A stretch of 41,422 nucleotides of DNA from an uncultured bacterium (GCA_964607865.1 CAZSLZ010000008.1:1-41422), one strand, 5' to 3'; positions 1 to 7,030 are shown, counted from the first letter of the stretch. Translations and numbers: made by a program. Notes: generated by a model not told the origin, from the sequence alone.

Positions 1-264
1 CACTCCGCTGCCGCCAATGGCAGCGTGGAAACCCTCCTGTATTTGCTGGATAAGGGTTTTGAAGTTGATGTAAAAAGCAGGGATGGCGTAACGCCTTTGC
101 ATAAAGCTGCGGAGCTGGGCCAGTTGGAAACGGCAGAAATTCTGATCGAGAAAGGCGCCCAGGTAAGCGCAAAAACCGATGCGGGTAAGACTCCCCTGGA
201 CTTTGCCAGAGAGGGAAACCATACCTCTATGGTGAAATTTCTGGAAGAAAAAATGAAGAAATAG
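1..264 (+). CDS. Ankyrin-repeat protein, C-terminal fragment; the gene starts upstream of the window
   Basis: Frame 1 is open from nucleotide 1. The translation HSAAANGSVETLLYLLDKGFEVDVKSRDGVTPLHKAAELGQLETAEILIEKGAQVSAKTDAGKTPLDFA has the typical ANK repeat consensus (TPLHxAAxxGhxexvxxLLxxGA). The stop is TAG at 262-264. Confidence 0.7.
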   Translation, partial: HSAAANGSVETLLYLLDKGFEVDVKSRDGVTPLHKAAELGQLETAEILIEKGAQVSAKTDAGKTPLDFAREGNHTSMVKFLEEKMKK

Positions 265-280
265 GAATTATGAACAGGCG

Positions 281-313
281 AAAGGGGCTGTCCCAAAAGG
301 ATAGCCCCTTTAT
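281..313 (+). terminator. Intrinsic-terminator-like hairpin aaaggggctgtcccaaaaggatagcccctttat followed by a T-rich tail. It belongs to the conserved GGGACAGC hairpin family.
   Basis: The GC stem ggggct/agcccc with a U-rich 3' flank lies 17 nt after the ankyrin stop. The same core sequence recurs at 15063, 23141, 28340 and 34637. Confidence 0.5.
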
Positions 314-337
314 GTTTTCCCGTAAATAACCAAATTT

Positions 338-520
338 TGTCATGCGTGGTTTCGAAGAAACCGCGGCAATCTCAATTTAGATCTTGTTTGTTACCAACCC
401 ATTTACCTGAGGGGTACAGAGATCACTACGCATCCTGCGGATGCCCGTGATGACGAATCATGTGTAGATTTCGTTTTTTTCCTTGAACAATTGTTGAAAT
501 TTTCTGGTAATCAGTAAAAT
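338..520 (+). repeat. Mosaic structured intergenic repeat, copy 1 (modules A, B and D)
   Basis: Module B, acagagatcactacgcatcctgcggatgcccgtgatgacgaa, is near-identical to 41235-41277 and 28266-28312, and to 6967-7010 on the minus strand. Upstream module A (gaaaccgcggcaatctcaatttagatc...ccaacccatttacc) matches the 6903-6960 region in reverse complement. The about 60-nt 3' tail, tgtgtagatttcgtttttt...caacaattgttgaaattttctggtaatcagta, matches 41283-41337. Confidence 0.65.
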
Positions 521-621
521 ATTGAGGTTGTATCATCCAGTAAATAAAAACAAAAAAGAAACCGTCATATCAATATTTTTCGAATGACGGTTTCTTTTAG
601 TTTTATTAAGATATATGGGTA

Positions 622-1413
622 TTATCCATTCAGGACCATTATAGCTTTGGGGTTTGTAACTCTCAAAGCCAGGCTTTCCGAGATGGTGAATTCCACCTGA
701 TCTTCGGCAGGGCCGGTGAAGCCTATGAACATATCCTGACCCAGCACTATGGAAACATACTGTTCGCCAGAAGCCAACAATACACCGCCTTTTTTAAGTA
801 CGGGGGCTTTGTAAATTCCATCGGTTACGATGGTTTTGAGATGTTCCATTTCGGTACCATGCCCCCGGGGATAACGCCGATACAACTGATTGTATCTTTC
901 CGGTGATAATGCCATGGTATAGGGGCCATGGAATCCGGCCTCATCGAGTTTGGTAACAGCATTTATTATATCGTTGGCAGCTGCTCCCACATCTTCCCAT
1001 TTCATAAGGGACACCTTATTGGCTCCCTTGATATTCAGCAGTCCGGAAGCATTCTTTTTGCCATTGAATATTATATCATCTTCACTCCGGGCGCACCAGA
1101 TTGCAGCTTCACTTACGGAGCTGGTATCCAGGGGGACGCCTTCGTGTTCGAATGCTGCCAGGTCTCTCTTATTGAGGGTAAAGTTGCGGTTAATGTATAG
1201 AACCGGAAGTACGGAAGACATGGAAATACCTTCTTCAATCTCTTCATCTTTAAGAGGAACCACTTTCAAGCCCAGTCCGTAAGGGCCCTTGACTTTCAGC
1301 AGTTTTCTGCCCACCATCTGGCTTTTTGCCGATTCTATCATAACGTTATCAATAAGATGCCAGGCTTTATTATCAAAAAAGGCATCATCACGTGTCAAAT
1401 ATTTATTTGCCAT
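622..1413 (-). CDS. Encapsulin nanocompartment shell protein (family 1, linocin M18-like)
   Basis: The translation MANKYLTRDDAFFDNKAWHLIDNVM...GRKLLKVKGPYGLGLKVVPL...ALRVTNPKAIMVLNG aligns along its whole length with T. maritima-type encapsulin (GRKFVDVEGPYGWEY...TFQVVNPEALILLKF). I chose the start at ATG 1413, which has a GGAGG RBS 8 nt upstream. The 298-aa ORF in the supplied track carries a spurious N-terminal extension that overlaps the upstream gene. Confidence 0.85.
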   Translation of the reverse strand: MANKYLTRDDAFFDNKAWHLIDNVMIESAKSQMVGRKLLKVKGPYGLGLKVVPLKDEEIEEGISMSSVLPVLYINRNFTLNKRDLAAFEHEGVPLDTSSVSEAAIWCARSEDDIIFNGKKNASGLLNIKGANKVSLMKWEDVGAAANDIINAVTKLDEAGFHGPYTMALSPERYNQLYRRYPRGHGTEMEHLKTIVTDGIYKAPVLKKGGVLLASGEQYVSIVLGQDMFIGFTGPAEDQVEFTISESLALRVTNPKAIMVLNG

Positions 1414-1415
1414 TA

Positions 1416-1766
1416 TTATTCCTCCTTCAAAGAACCGATTGAACTCTCTGATTCTATCCTGGAGGCGTTCAGTTCTTCCATCATTTCGTTTACTTCTTCT
1501 ATTCCGTTGTTCAGCCACTTATCTTCATCGCCGGTCAGGACTTGAAGCAACCTCTGGAACTCGCCCACGTGCTCTCTTTCTTCATTGGCAACATCGATGA
1601 GGACTTTTTTTGCCAGGGGGTGATCGGTGGCGTCGGCGTGGGCCATATAAAGATGAATAGCTTCCTCCTCTGCAGCCACGTTCAACCTGATTGCTCTTAC
1701 GAGCTCTTCTTTAGTCAGTTTTCTTTCCGGAACTTTGCCAGAAAATGGGTTTACAAATTCAGGCAT
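1416..1766 (-). CDS. Ferritin-like/rubrerythrin-like encapsulin cargo protein (EncFtn-type) with a C-terminal targeting peptide
   Basis: The 116-aa protein has ferritin-like motifs (EEEAIHLY...EEREHVGEF, i.e. paired E..H and ExxH). Its C-terminus SESSIGSLKEE resembles the encapsulin cargo-loading peptide consensus (..SIGSLK..). It sits immediately upstream of the shell gene, with a 2-nt gap between the stop and the shell start. An AAGGAGG RBS precedes it. Confidence 0.75.
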   Translation of the reverse strand: MPEFVNPFSGKVPERKLTKEELVRAIRLNVAAEEEAIHLYMAHADATDHPLAKKVLIDVANEEREHVGEFQRLLQVLTGDEDKWLNNGIEEVNEMMEELNASRIESESSIGSLKEE

Positions 1767-1853
1767 AGTTTCCTCCTTTCATAGTTCAGCTTCGTTCTTT
1801 GTATTGCCTGTTTTTCCAGAAACGGAAGCTTTGATTATTTTCTTAATTTAAAA

Positions 1854-1881
1854 CAATAATAACCTTTAAAGGTTATTATTG
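1854..1881 (-). terminator. Perfect 11-bp inverted repeat caataataacc-tttaaa-ggttattattg, followed on the minus strand by a T-rich stretch
   Basis: The palindrome is visible directly in the sequence. It lies 8 nt after the end of the 94-aa coiled-coil gene and separates that gene from the encapsulin operon. Confidence 0.4.
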
Positions 1882-1888
1882 ATATATC

Positions 1889-2173
1889 TTATTTGGTTTT
1901 TGCATGGGTTTCTTCTTCGATATGGTTCAAAGCGTCTTTATATGCAATTTTCAAATCATCAATAGCTATATTCAGGCCTCTCTTCATATCGTCGGCAGCC
2001 TTGCCGCTCTGTTCTTTCAGTTTGTCAGCCTTAATCTGGGTTTCTTCAAATTTGTTTTTCAGTTCTTTTAGTTGTTGCTGTAACTCAACTTTGGCATCCC
2101 GGGAAAGGGATTCACCTTTCCGAGTCAATTCGTCAAGTTTTCTGCCAAAATCCTTGAGTTTCTGTTCCATCAT
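1889..2173 (-). CDS. Small coiled-coil protein, paralog 1 of 3
   Basis: The 94-aa protein is heptad-rich (KLDELTRK...QQQLKELKNKFEETQIKADKLKEQ). Its C-terminal motif SGKAADDMKRGLNIAIDDLKIAYKDAL is shared with the next two genes. An AGGGGG RBS lies upstream. Confidence 0.5.
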   Translation of the reverse strand: MMEQKLKDFGRKLDELTRKGESLSRDAKVELQQQLKELKNKFEETQIKADKLKEQSGKAADDMKRGLNIAIDDLKIAYKDALNHIEEETHAKTK

Positions 2174-2176
2174 AAT

Positions 2177-2491
2177 TCATGCCCCCTTGTTAGCGAAAGA
2201 TTTTTGAACAGCTTCATCTTCCTGCTCCCGCGCTTTTATAACATCATTCAGCGCCGAGGTATAGGAAAGTTTCAGTTTTTCAATAGCTGATGTAGCCTGA
2301 GGTTTCAAGGTATCCCACTTTTTACCGGTTACATTTTTCATTTCCTGGATCCGTTTCTCAGCTTCTACATATTTGTTATGAATATCTTCGAGTTTCTCTC
2401 TGAATTTCTGGTTATCCATGTCGTATTTTTCGCTTTCTGCGATAAGTTTGTCTATTTTTTCCCGATAATCACGCAATATTTCTTCTAACAT
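2177..2491 (-). CDS. Small coiled-coil protein, paralog 2 of 3
   Basis: It carries the motif TGKKWDTLKPQATSAIEKLKLSYTSAL. I chose the start at ATG 2491 (MLEEIL...) because an AGGTGG SD lies 8 nt upstream. The ORF in the track begins 12 nt earlier, at a GTG. Confidence 0.5.
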   Translation of the reverse strand: MLEEILRDYREKIDKLIAESEKYDMDNQKFREKLEDIHNKYVEAEKRIQEMKNVTGKKWDTLKPQATSAIEKLKLSYTSALNDVIKAREQEDEAVQKSFANKGA

Positions 2492-2507
2492 TTTTTTCAC
2501 CACCTGT

Positions 2508-3095
2508 TTATTCTGTTTTGGTTTCTGATTCAGTGGTTGTTTCTTTTTCTTCCGCAGGTTTATCAGCGTGTTTTTCTTTCATAGTTTCCTTGTCGCCGGA
2601 AACTTCTTTATCCATTGTCTGATATTCTTTATCTAGTTCTTCCATTGATTTCTGGACGTTCATTTTTGCCTTTTCCCAGGCTTCGCCAGTGGATTCCTGC
2701 ATCTTTTCAAGATTGTTGCCAATCTCTTTCTGCTGTTCTTTTAGAGCATCCAACTGAGGCTGAATTTCCTTCTGGGTTTCTTCGGAAGTTTCAGCTAACT
2801 GTTTTTCCATTTTGTTAATATTTTCACCCATCTTATCCAGTTCTTTATTGGCGGCTTCATAATATTCTTCGCTTTGTGCTTCAGTATAAGCTGCCAATGC
2901 AACCAGCGCTTCGCTTGTCTGTTCCTTTACCTCTTCAGCAGTTGGGGGTTCGGTTTCTGCAGGTGGTTCCATGGGTGTTTCCTCAACAACAGGGCTTTCT
3001 GCAGGGGTTTCGGGTTTCTGTTTCTGGGCGCAGGATGCAAAAATCATCAGGGCAAAAACTAAAACCAATGCAATTATAATTTTGTGTTTTTTCAT
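2508..3095 (-). CDS. Coiled-coil lipoprotein, paralog 3 of 3
   Basis: The lipoprotein signal peptide is MKKHKIIIALVLVFALMIFASC. The acidic coiled-coil region carries the motif TGEAWEKAKMNVQKSMEELDKEYQ. An AAAGGAG RBS lies upstream. Confidence 0.55.
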   Translation of the reverse strand: MKKHKIIIALVLVFALMIFASCAQKQKPETPAESPVVEETPMEPPAETEPPTAEEVKEQTSEALVALAAYTEAQSEEYYEAANKELDKMGENINKMEKQLAETSEETQKEIQPQLDALKEQQKEIGNNLEKMQESTGEAWEKAKMNVQKSMEELDKEYQTMDKEVSGDKETMKEKHADKPAEEKETTTESETKTE

Positions 3096-3130
3096 TTTAT
3101 TGTTCTCCTTTCTAAAATGACATATAAATA

Positions 3131-3796
3131 TTATTTTTTTACTAATAAATCATTATTAACCAATACAACACCAGGGGTAAACATTGTAATTTCTTCAGCG
3201 ATGTTTTTCTGGTATTTTTTCAAAACTGTGCCACTCAGGGTAACTTCACCGTTATCAACAGTAATTTGAATATTTGATGTATCAATATCCCTGGCTCTGT
3301 TCAAGGAACCGGATATTTTTTGGGCTATGGTTCTGTCTTGTAATTCTCTGCTGGGAACCACGGTAAGATTGTTCTGAATGCTGTTTACACCGTAAATACC
3401 CGAAATTTTCTTCTCAATTTCAGGCACTTTCCAATAAGAATCCACAACCCCTTTTAACTGAACATTACCGCCTTCAACTGAAACTTCCAAATACCGTTCA
3501 TCGAACCGGGTATCCCACGAAAGTGAATTTTCTATATGTTTTCTTATTTTCTCATCTTCAGGAATTTTCCTACCATGTTGGTAATTTATCTTCAGTTTAT
3601 TATTAATCACCATATTGCTGTCGGCAGATTTAATAATTTCAAGCACGGTTCTGAAATCATTGAAGCTGGGGACTTCTCCCTCAAGGGTAATGCTCCCCTC
3701 CTGAATTTTCATTCGAATATCTTTTTCATCTATCCGGGGGTCTTTTTTGAGTTCTTCATAAATATTTGTTTTAAGATTTTCATCCATTACAATCAT
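3131..3796 (-). CDS. BON-domain (OsmY-like) protein with three BON repeats
   Basis: Triplicated segments have the BON signature (IxVxVxxGxVTLxGxV...). Examples are ITLEGEVPSFNDFRTVLEII, VQLKGVVDSYWKVPEIEK and VTLSGTVLKKYQKNIAEEI. Confidence 0.7.
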   Translation of the reverse strand: MIVMDENLKTNIYEELKKDPRIDEKDIRMKIQEGSITLEGEVPSFNDFRTVLEIIKSADSNMVINNKLKINYQHGRKIPEDEKIRKHIENSLSWDTRFDERYLEVSVEGGNVQLKGVVDSYWKVPEIEKKISGIYGVNSIQNNLTVVPSRELQDRTIAQKISGSLNRARDIDTSNIQITVDNGEVTLSGTVLKKYQKNIAEEITMFTPGVVLVNNDLLVKK

Positions 3797-3799
3797 GCT

Positions 3800-4288
3800 T
3801 TACACTTCCAATTCATTTTTGGCTTTCAGGGGTTCCTGTATGGTAAGAACCGGGCGGGTAGCCAGTCGAATTACCTTTTCTGCCACCGAACCGAATATGA
3901 ATCTTCCCCATCCGCTGTGGCCATGGGTTGCAATTATGATAAGATCGACATCAGCTTCATCGGCCTTTTCCACTATTTCCTTGGCGGTATCACCCTGAAC
4001 CACCACGGCGATTGTCTTGTTTTTATTGGTTACATACTTTTTTCTGACTTCATCTAGCTTTTTTTTCGCCATTTTTTTTAATTCCAGCTGATAGGAAGGC
4101 ACATCAAAGGGTGTGGGTACGGGGGCTGCCGGAGAATAAGTGGCAGGAGCAATAGGAACCACATCGGTCACGTTAAGCAGAATTAACTGGGCATCAAAAT
4201 GCACCGCCAATTCATCGGCAGCTTTGAGAGCTTCCAAAGAAGGTTCACTGAAATCGATGGGGCATAATATTTTCTTAAAAGGAACCAT
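3800..4288 (-). CDS. Universal stress protein (UspA family)
   Basis: The sequence KKILCPIDFSEPSLEALKAADELA...LIIIATHGHSGWGRFIFGSVAEKVIRLATRPVLTIQ is a canonical Usp fold, with the ATP-binding G-x2-G-x9-G(S/T) region. A GAGGT RBS lies upstream. Confidence 0.8.
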   Translation of the reverse strand: MVPFKKILCPIDFSEPSLEALKAADELAVHFDAQLILLNVTDVVPIAPATYSPAAPVPTPFDVPSYQLELKKMAKKKLDEVRKKYVTNKNKTIAVVVQGDTAKEIVEKADEADVDLIIIATHGHSGWGRFIFGSVAEKVIRLATRPVLTIQEPLKAKNELEV

Positions 4289-4308
4289 TTTCTACCTCAA
4301 ATTTAAAA

Positions 4309-4998
4309 TTAAACACTGGCTTTCACGTATTGGGGAGCTTCGATTTTCAACTCGTTGTGAACGAAAGTAACACCCTTGGTAAGCAATGCAACCTGAAAAG
4401 CCTGCTGGGCAAGGTTTTTTGAAGGTAAAATGCCAGACAGTGTTACAACTCCGTTTTCCACTTCCACATCGACCAGATCGGAATCATCGCCGATGTTTCT
4501 TGCCAGGGCTGAAGTAATGTCATTGGCAATGGCCTGGTCTATTATGTCATGGGTGGGGACCACTGCCAGGTTGTTGGTAATGCCCACTATACCTTCAATT
4601 CCTGAGGCCAGGTCTTCTATTCTTAAAACTTTCCAATACTCATCCTGGGTACCTTCAAATGTAACCCAGCCATCCTTAACCGATATCTTGACGCTCACAG
4701 AATCAATATAGGTATCCCATTCCAATATCTGCTTTATATTATTCTTCAACTCACTGTCAGTGGGAAGATTGGTTTTACCCTCGTGGGTAACCTCCAGGTT
4801 GTTTATTACCATTTCCACTCCTGAAACATCCCAGGCATCCTGAAAGGCAGAGGTGCGGGCCAGATAATTATCGACTGTCCCGTTCAATGTGACTACAAAA
4901 TCTTTTACCTTTACGTCAATATTGGTGGAATCCACCCGGTTATCCCAGAATAATTGTTCTACAATATCTTTTTTTACTCTTTCGTCGGTTATTGCCAT
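4309..4998 (-). CDS. BON-domain protein with three BON repeats
   Basis: BON repeats are VVTLNGTVDNYLARTSAF, VTFEGTQDEYWKVLRIEDLA and VVTLSGILPSKNLAQQAFQV. The start is taken at ATG 4998 (MAITDER), which has an AAGGAG 10 nt upstream. The track ORF starts 30 nt earlier and has no SD. Confidence 0.65.
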   Translation of the reverse strand: MAITDERVKKDIVEQLFWDNRVDSTNIDVKVKDFVVTLNGTVDNYLARTSAFQDAWDVSGVEMVINNLEVTHEGKTNLPTDSELKNNIKQILEWDTYIDSVSVKISVKDGWVTFEGTQDEYWKVLRIEDLASGIEGIVGITNNLAVVPTHDIIDQAIANDITSALARNIGDDSDLVDVEVENGVVTLSGILPSKNLAQQAFQVALLTKGVTFVHNELKIEAPQYVKASV

Positions 4999-5279
4999 CC
5001 AACTCACTCCTTGCAAAATAGAATTCAATATTTACAACAGCATGAAAAAATAAAAGTTTCTTTTATGATTTTACTGAATTTTCAGAACCCGGGATGTTAG
5101 TTGGTTTGTTGAGATTATTTGATGATGATGTACAGAGATGCAATTTTAGAAAAACTTTTTCCAGCTTTTAAAGAACATAAAAGTAAGCCAGTTAAAGAAG
5201 CAAAAGACAGCATTGTTGCCTTAATTTAGAAGGATATAAGCTGAAGAAAAAAATATATATTAATATGAGGGAGTATGAT

Positions 5280-6839
5280 ATGTCCCAATTGCACAGGGCC
5301 GTTCTGGATGAAGATATTGAAGAGCTGGTTCACATTCTGGATAAGAATTCCAATGTTAACCTCTTTAATGTTAATAAATTAACTCCCCTTCACCTGGCTG
5401 TTTACCGGGATAATTTAGAGGCCACCAGAATTCTGCTGGCAAAAAACGCAAATTGCAATCTTTCTGATATAGATGGATTTACCCCCCTGGCAAGGGCTGT
5501 GGAGAAAGGTCATTCGGAAACAATCAAGATGGTTTACCAGAACCGTGATGATCTGAATTTCGGAGATAAAAACAACAGAACTTTATTACATATAGCGGTG
5601 GAAAAAAACCATGCTGAAATCGCCAGGCTGCTCTCCGAGCTGATGGGAGAATTAGATATTCCCGATGGCCAGGGAATAACCCCTCTGCAGAGGGCAATAA
5701 TGAACAGCCAGGCAGAACCAGGATGGTTCCTGGTCCCCGGATGCCAATTATCTTCAGCCGACACCTGGGGCAAGATACAGGGGGGCAAGGTGCCTGTTAT
5801 CGCCTATATAGTATGGGCTCTGGCGGAATCCGGTTATACCGGGCCTTCCCTCAACAAGGGAATTGGCTATATCAAAAAAAATATCGGCCAGTTTGAAGAC
5901 CCCTACGTTCTGGCTCTGGTTACCAACGCTCTGGCAACCATGGAACCTGAAAACCAGTTAACAAGAGAATTATTGGAAAAACTGAAGTCCAAGGCTGAAT
6001 TTACCAAAGACTCGGCATACTGGACACCTGGAGTGGCGACTGCAACTTATAGCACGGGCAGCAGCGCCAATATGGAAACCACTGCCATGGCAGCTTTGGC
6101 ATTCATGAAAGTAGAGGGTTATGAAGAGCTGGCAAACAAAGCTGTGAGTTATTTAGTTCAGAGCAAGGATTCCTTTGGGACCTGGTATTCAACCAAGAGT
6201 ACGGTTCTGGCGATGAAAGCTCTGTTAACTGCCCAGGAAAAAGCTGGTAAAAGTGTGGATGCCAGGGTAGAAATCATGGTTAACGGCGAAGCCAGCGAAA
6301 CATTCCAGATTGATTCAGAAAATTATGAACTTTTCCGCCAGGCTGATTTCAGCCATATAACCAGGCAGGGTTCCAATACTGTTGAAGGCAAGGGCGCCTG
6401 TTTCTACCAGGTAACCGCCCGGCATTATATACCCTGGAAACTGGCGAAACAGAATAAACATCTGGCAATTGAGGTAAAATACGACAGGACCCAGTTAAAA
6501 ACTGATGATCTCCTGACTTCTACTGTGACTGTAAAAAACAATACAAAAGCAGCCATGAAAATGGTAATGGTGGACCTGGGAATTCCTCCGGGATTTACCG
6601 TAATGACCCCTGACCAGGGTGAGTATGTGGGCGGAAAATTCCAGAAATACAATATGACTTCAAGGCAAATGATAATTTATGTTGATACCCTGAAAGCCGG
6701 CGAGGATTTAAAATTCAAGTACCGGCTGAAAGCCAGGTACCCCTTGCGGGCTAAGACTCCGGAAAGCAAAGCTTACCAGTATTACAACCCTGGCGTGGAA
6801 GACAAAGCCCAGCCAGTGACCCTGGATGTGAAGGAATAA
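5280..6839 (+). CDS. Fusion of N-terminal ankyrin repeats to an alpha-2-macroglobulin-like C-terminal half (TED + MG8 + receptor-binding-like domains); no signal peptide and no CxEQ thioester
   Basis: The N-terminus carries three or four ANK repeats (TPLHLAVYRDNLEATRILLAKNA, TPLARAVEKGHSETI, TLLHIAVEKNHAEIARLL). The central region matches the A2M/C3d thioester-domain toroid: YIVWALAESG, METTAMAALAFMKV and FGTWYSTKSTVLAMKALLTAQEKA (compare C3 [21 protein letters not shown]). The C-terminal end is GKGACFYQVTARHYIP...GFTVMTPDQGEYVGGKFQKYNMTSRQMIIYV, like A2M MG8/RBD. The thioester position reads VPGCQLSS, not GCGEQ. The start is ATG 5280, with a GAGGGAG 5 nt upstream. Confidence 0.65.
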   Translation: MSQLHRAVLDEDIEELVHILDKNSNVNLFNVNKLTPLHLAVYRDNLEATRILLAKNANCNLSDIDGFTPLARAVEKGHSETIKMVYQNRDDLNFGDKNNRTLLHIAVEKNHAEIARLLSELMGELDIPDGQGITPLQRAIMNSQAEPGWFLVPGCQLSSADTWGKIQGGKVPVIAYIVWALAESGYTGPSLNKGIGYIKKNIGQFEDPYVLALVTNALATMEPENQLTRELLEKLKSKAEFTKDSAYWTPGVATATYSTGSSANMETTAMAALAFMKVEGYEELANKAVSYLVQSKDSFGTWYSTKSTVLAMKALLTAQEKAGKSVDARVEIMVNGEASETFQIDSENYELFRQADFSHITRQGSNTVEGKGACFYQVTARHYIPWKLAKQNKHLAIEVKYDRTQLKTDDLLTSTVTVKNNTKAAMKMVMVDLGIPPGFTVMTPDQGEYVGGKFQKYNMTSRQMIIYVDTLKAGEDLKFKYRLKARYPLRAKTPESKAYQYYNPGVEDKAQPVTLDVKE

Positions 6840-6862
6840 ACCGGAAATTAATTTGAAACAGA

Positions 6863-6897
6863 AGAACTGATTAGCTCCAATCAGTTCTCTTTTTTAT
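6863..6897 (+). terminator. Rho-independent terminator gaactgatt-agctcc-aatcagttc followed by TCTTTTTTAT
   Basis: A 9-bp perfect stem with a T-run lies 24 nt after the stop of the Ank-A2M gene. Confidence 0.7.
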
Positions 6898-6902
6898 ATA
6901 AC

Positions 6903-7030
6903 TTTGGTAAATGGGTTGGAAACCAACCCGATCCAAATTAAGATTGCCGCGGTTTCTGCCGTTTGCCTTCGTCATCACGAGCATCCGTAAGGATGCGTGG
7001 TGATCTCTGTATCGCTCAGGTAAATGGTTT
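6903..7030 (-). repeat. Mosaic structured intergenic repeat, copy 2 (minus-strand orientation, with the modules rearranged to B then A)
   Basis: The reverse complement reads ccatttacctgagcgatacagagatcaccacgcatccttacggatgctcgtgatgacgaaggcaaacggcagaaaccgcggcaatcttaatttggatcgggttggtttccaacccatttacc. It matches modules A and B of copy 1, but with module A placed 3' of B. A ccatttacc string occurs at both ends. Confidence 0.6.

Noticed and set aside
408-452. UGAUGA (box C-like) and CUGA (box D-like) strings within the repeat core could suggest an archaeal-type C/D box sRNA.
   Set aside because: The motif order is wrong for a C/D RNA, since CUGA is 5' of UGAUGA. The surrounding gene content is bacterial (lipoboxes, SD-led genes, HtrA, pilin). 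There is no K-turn-compatible spacing.
622-1518. The 298-aa version of the encapsulin ORF has an Arg-rich N-terminal extension (MAEQRNRRSKRNDGR...).
   Set aside because: The extension overlaps the EncFtn gene in another frame and has no RBS. The true start (MANKYL) at 1413 has a GGAGG SD and matches the family N-terminus.
928-1600. Several 60-110-aa plus-strand ORFs sit inside the encapsulin and EncFtn genes (928..1200, 950..1282, 1289..1600, 1357..1545).
   Set aside because: They are antisense shadow ORFs within well-supported genes. They have no RBS and are low-complexity.
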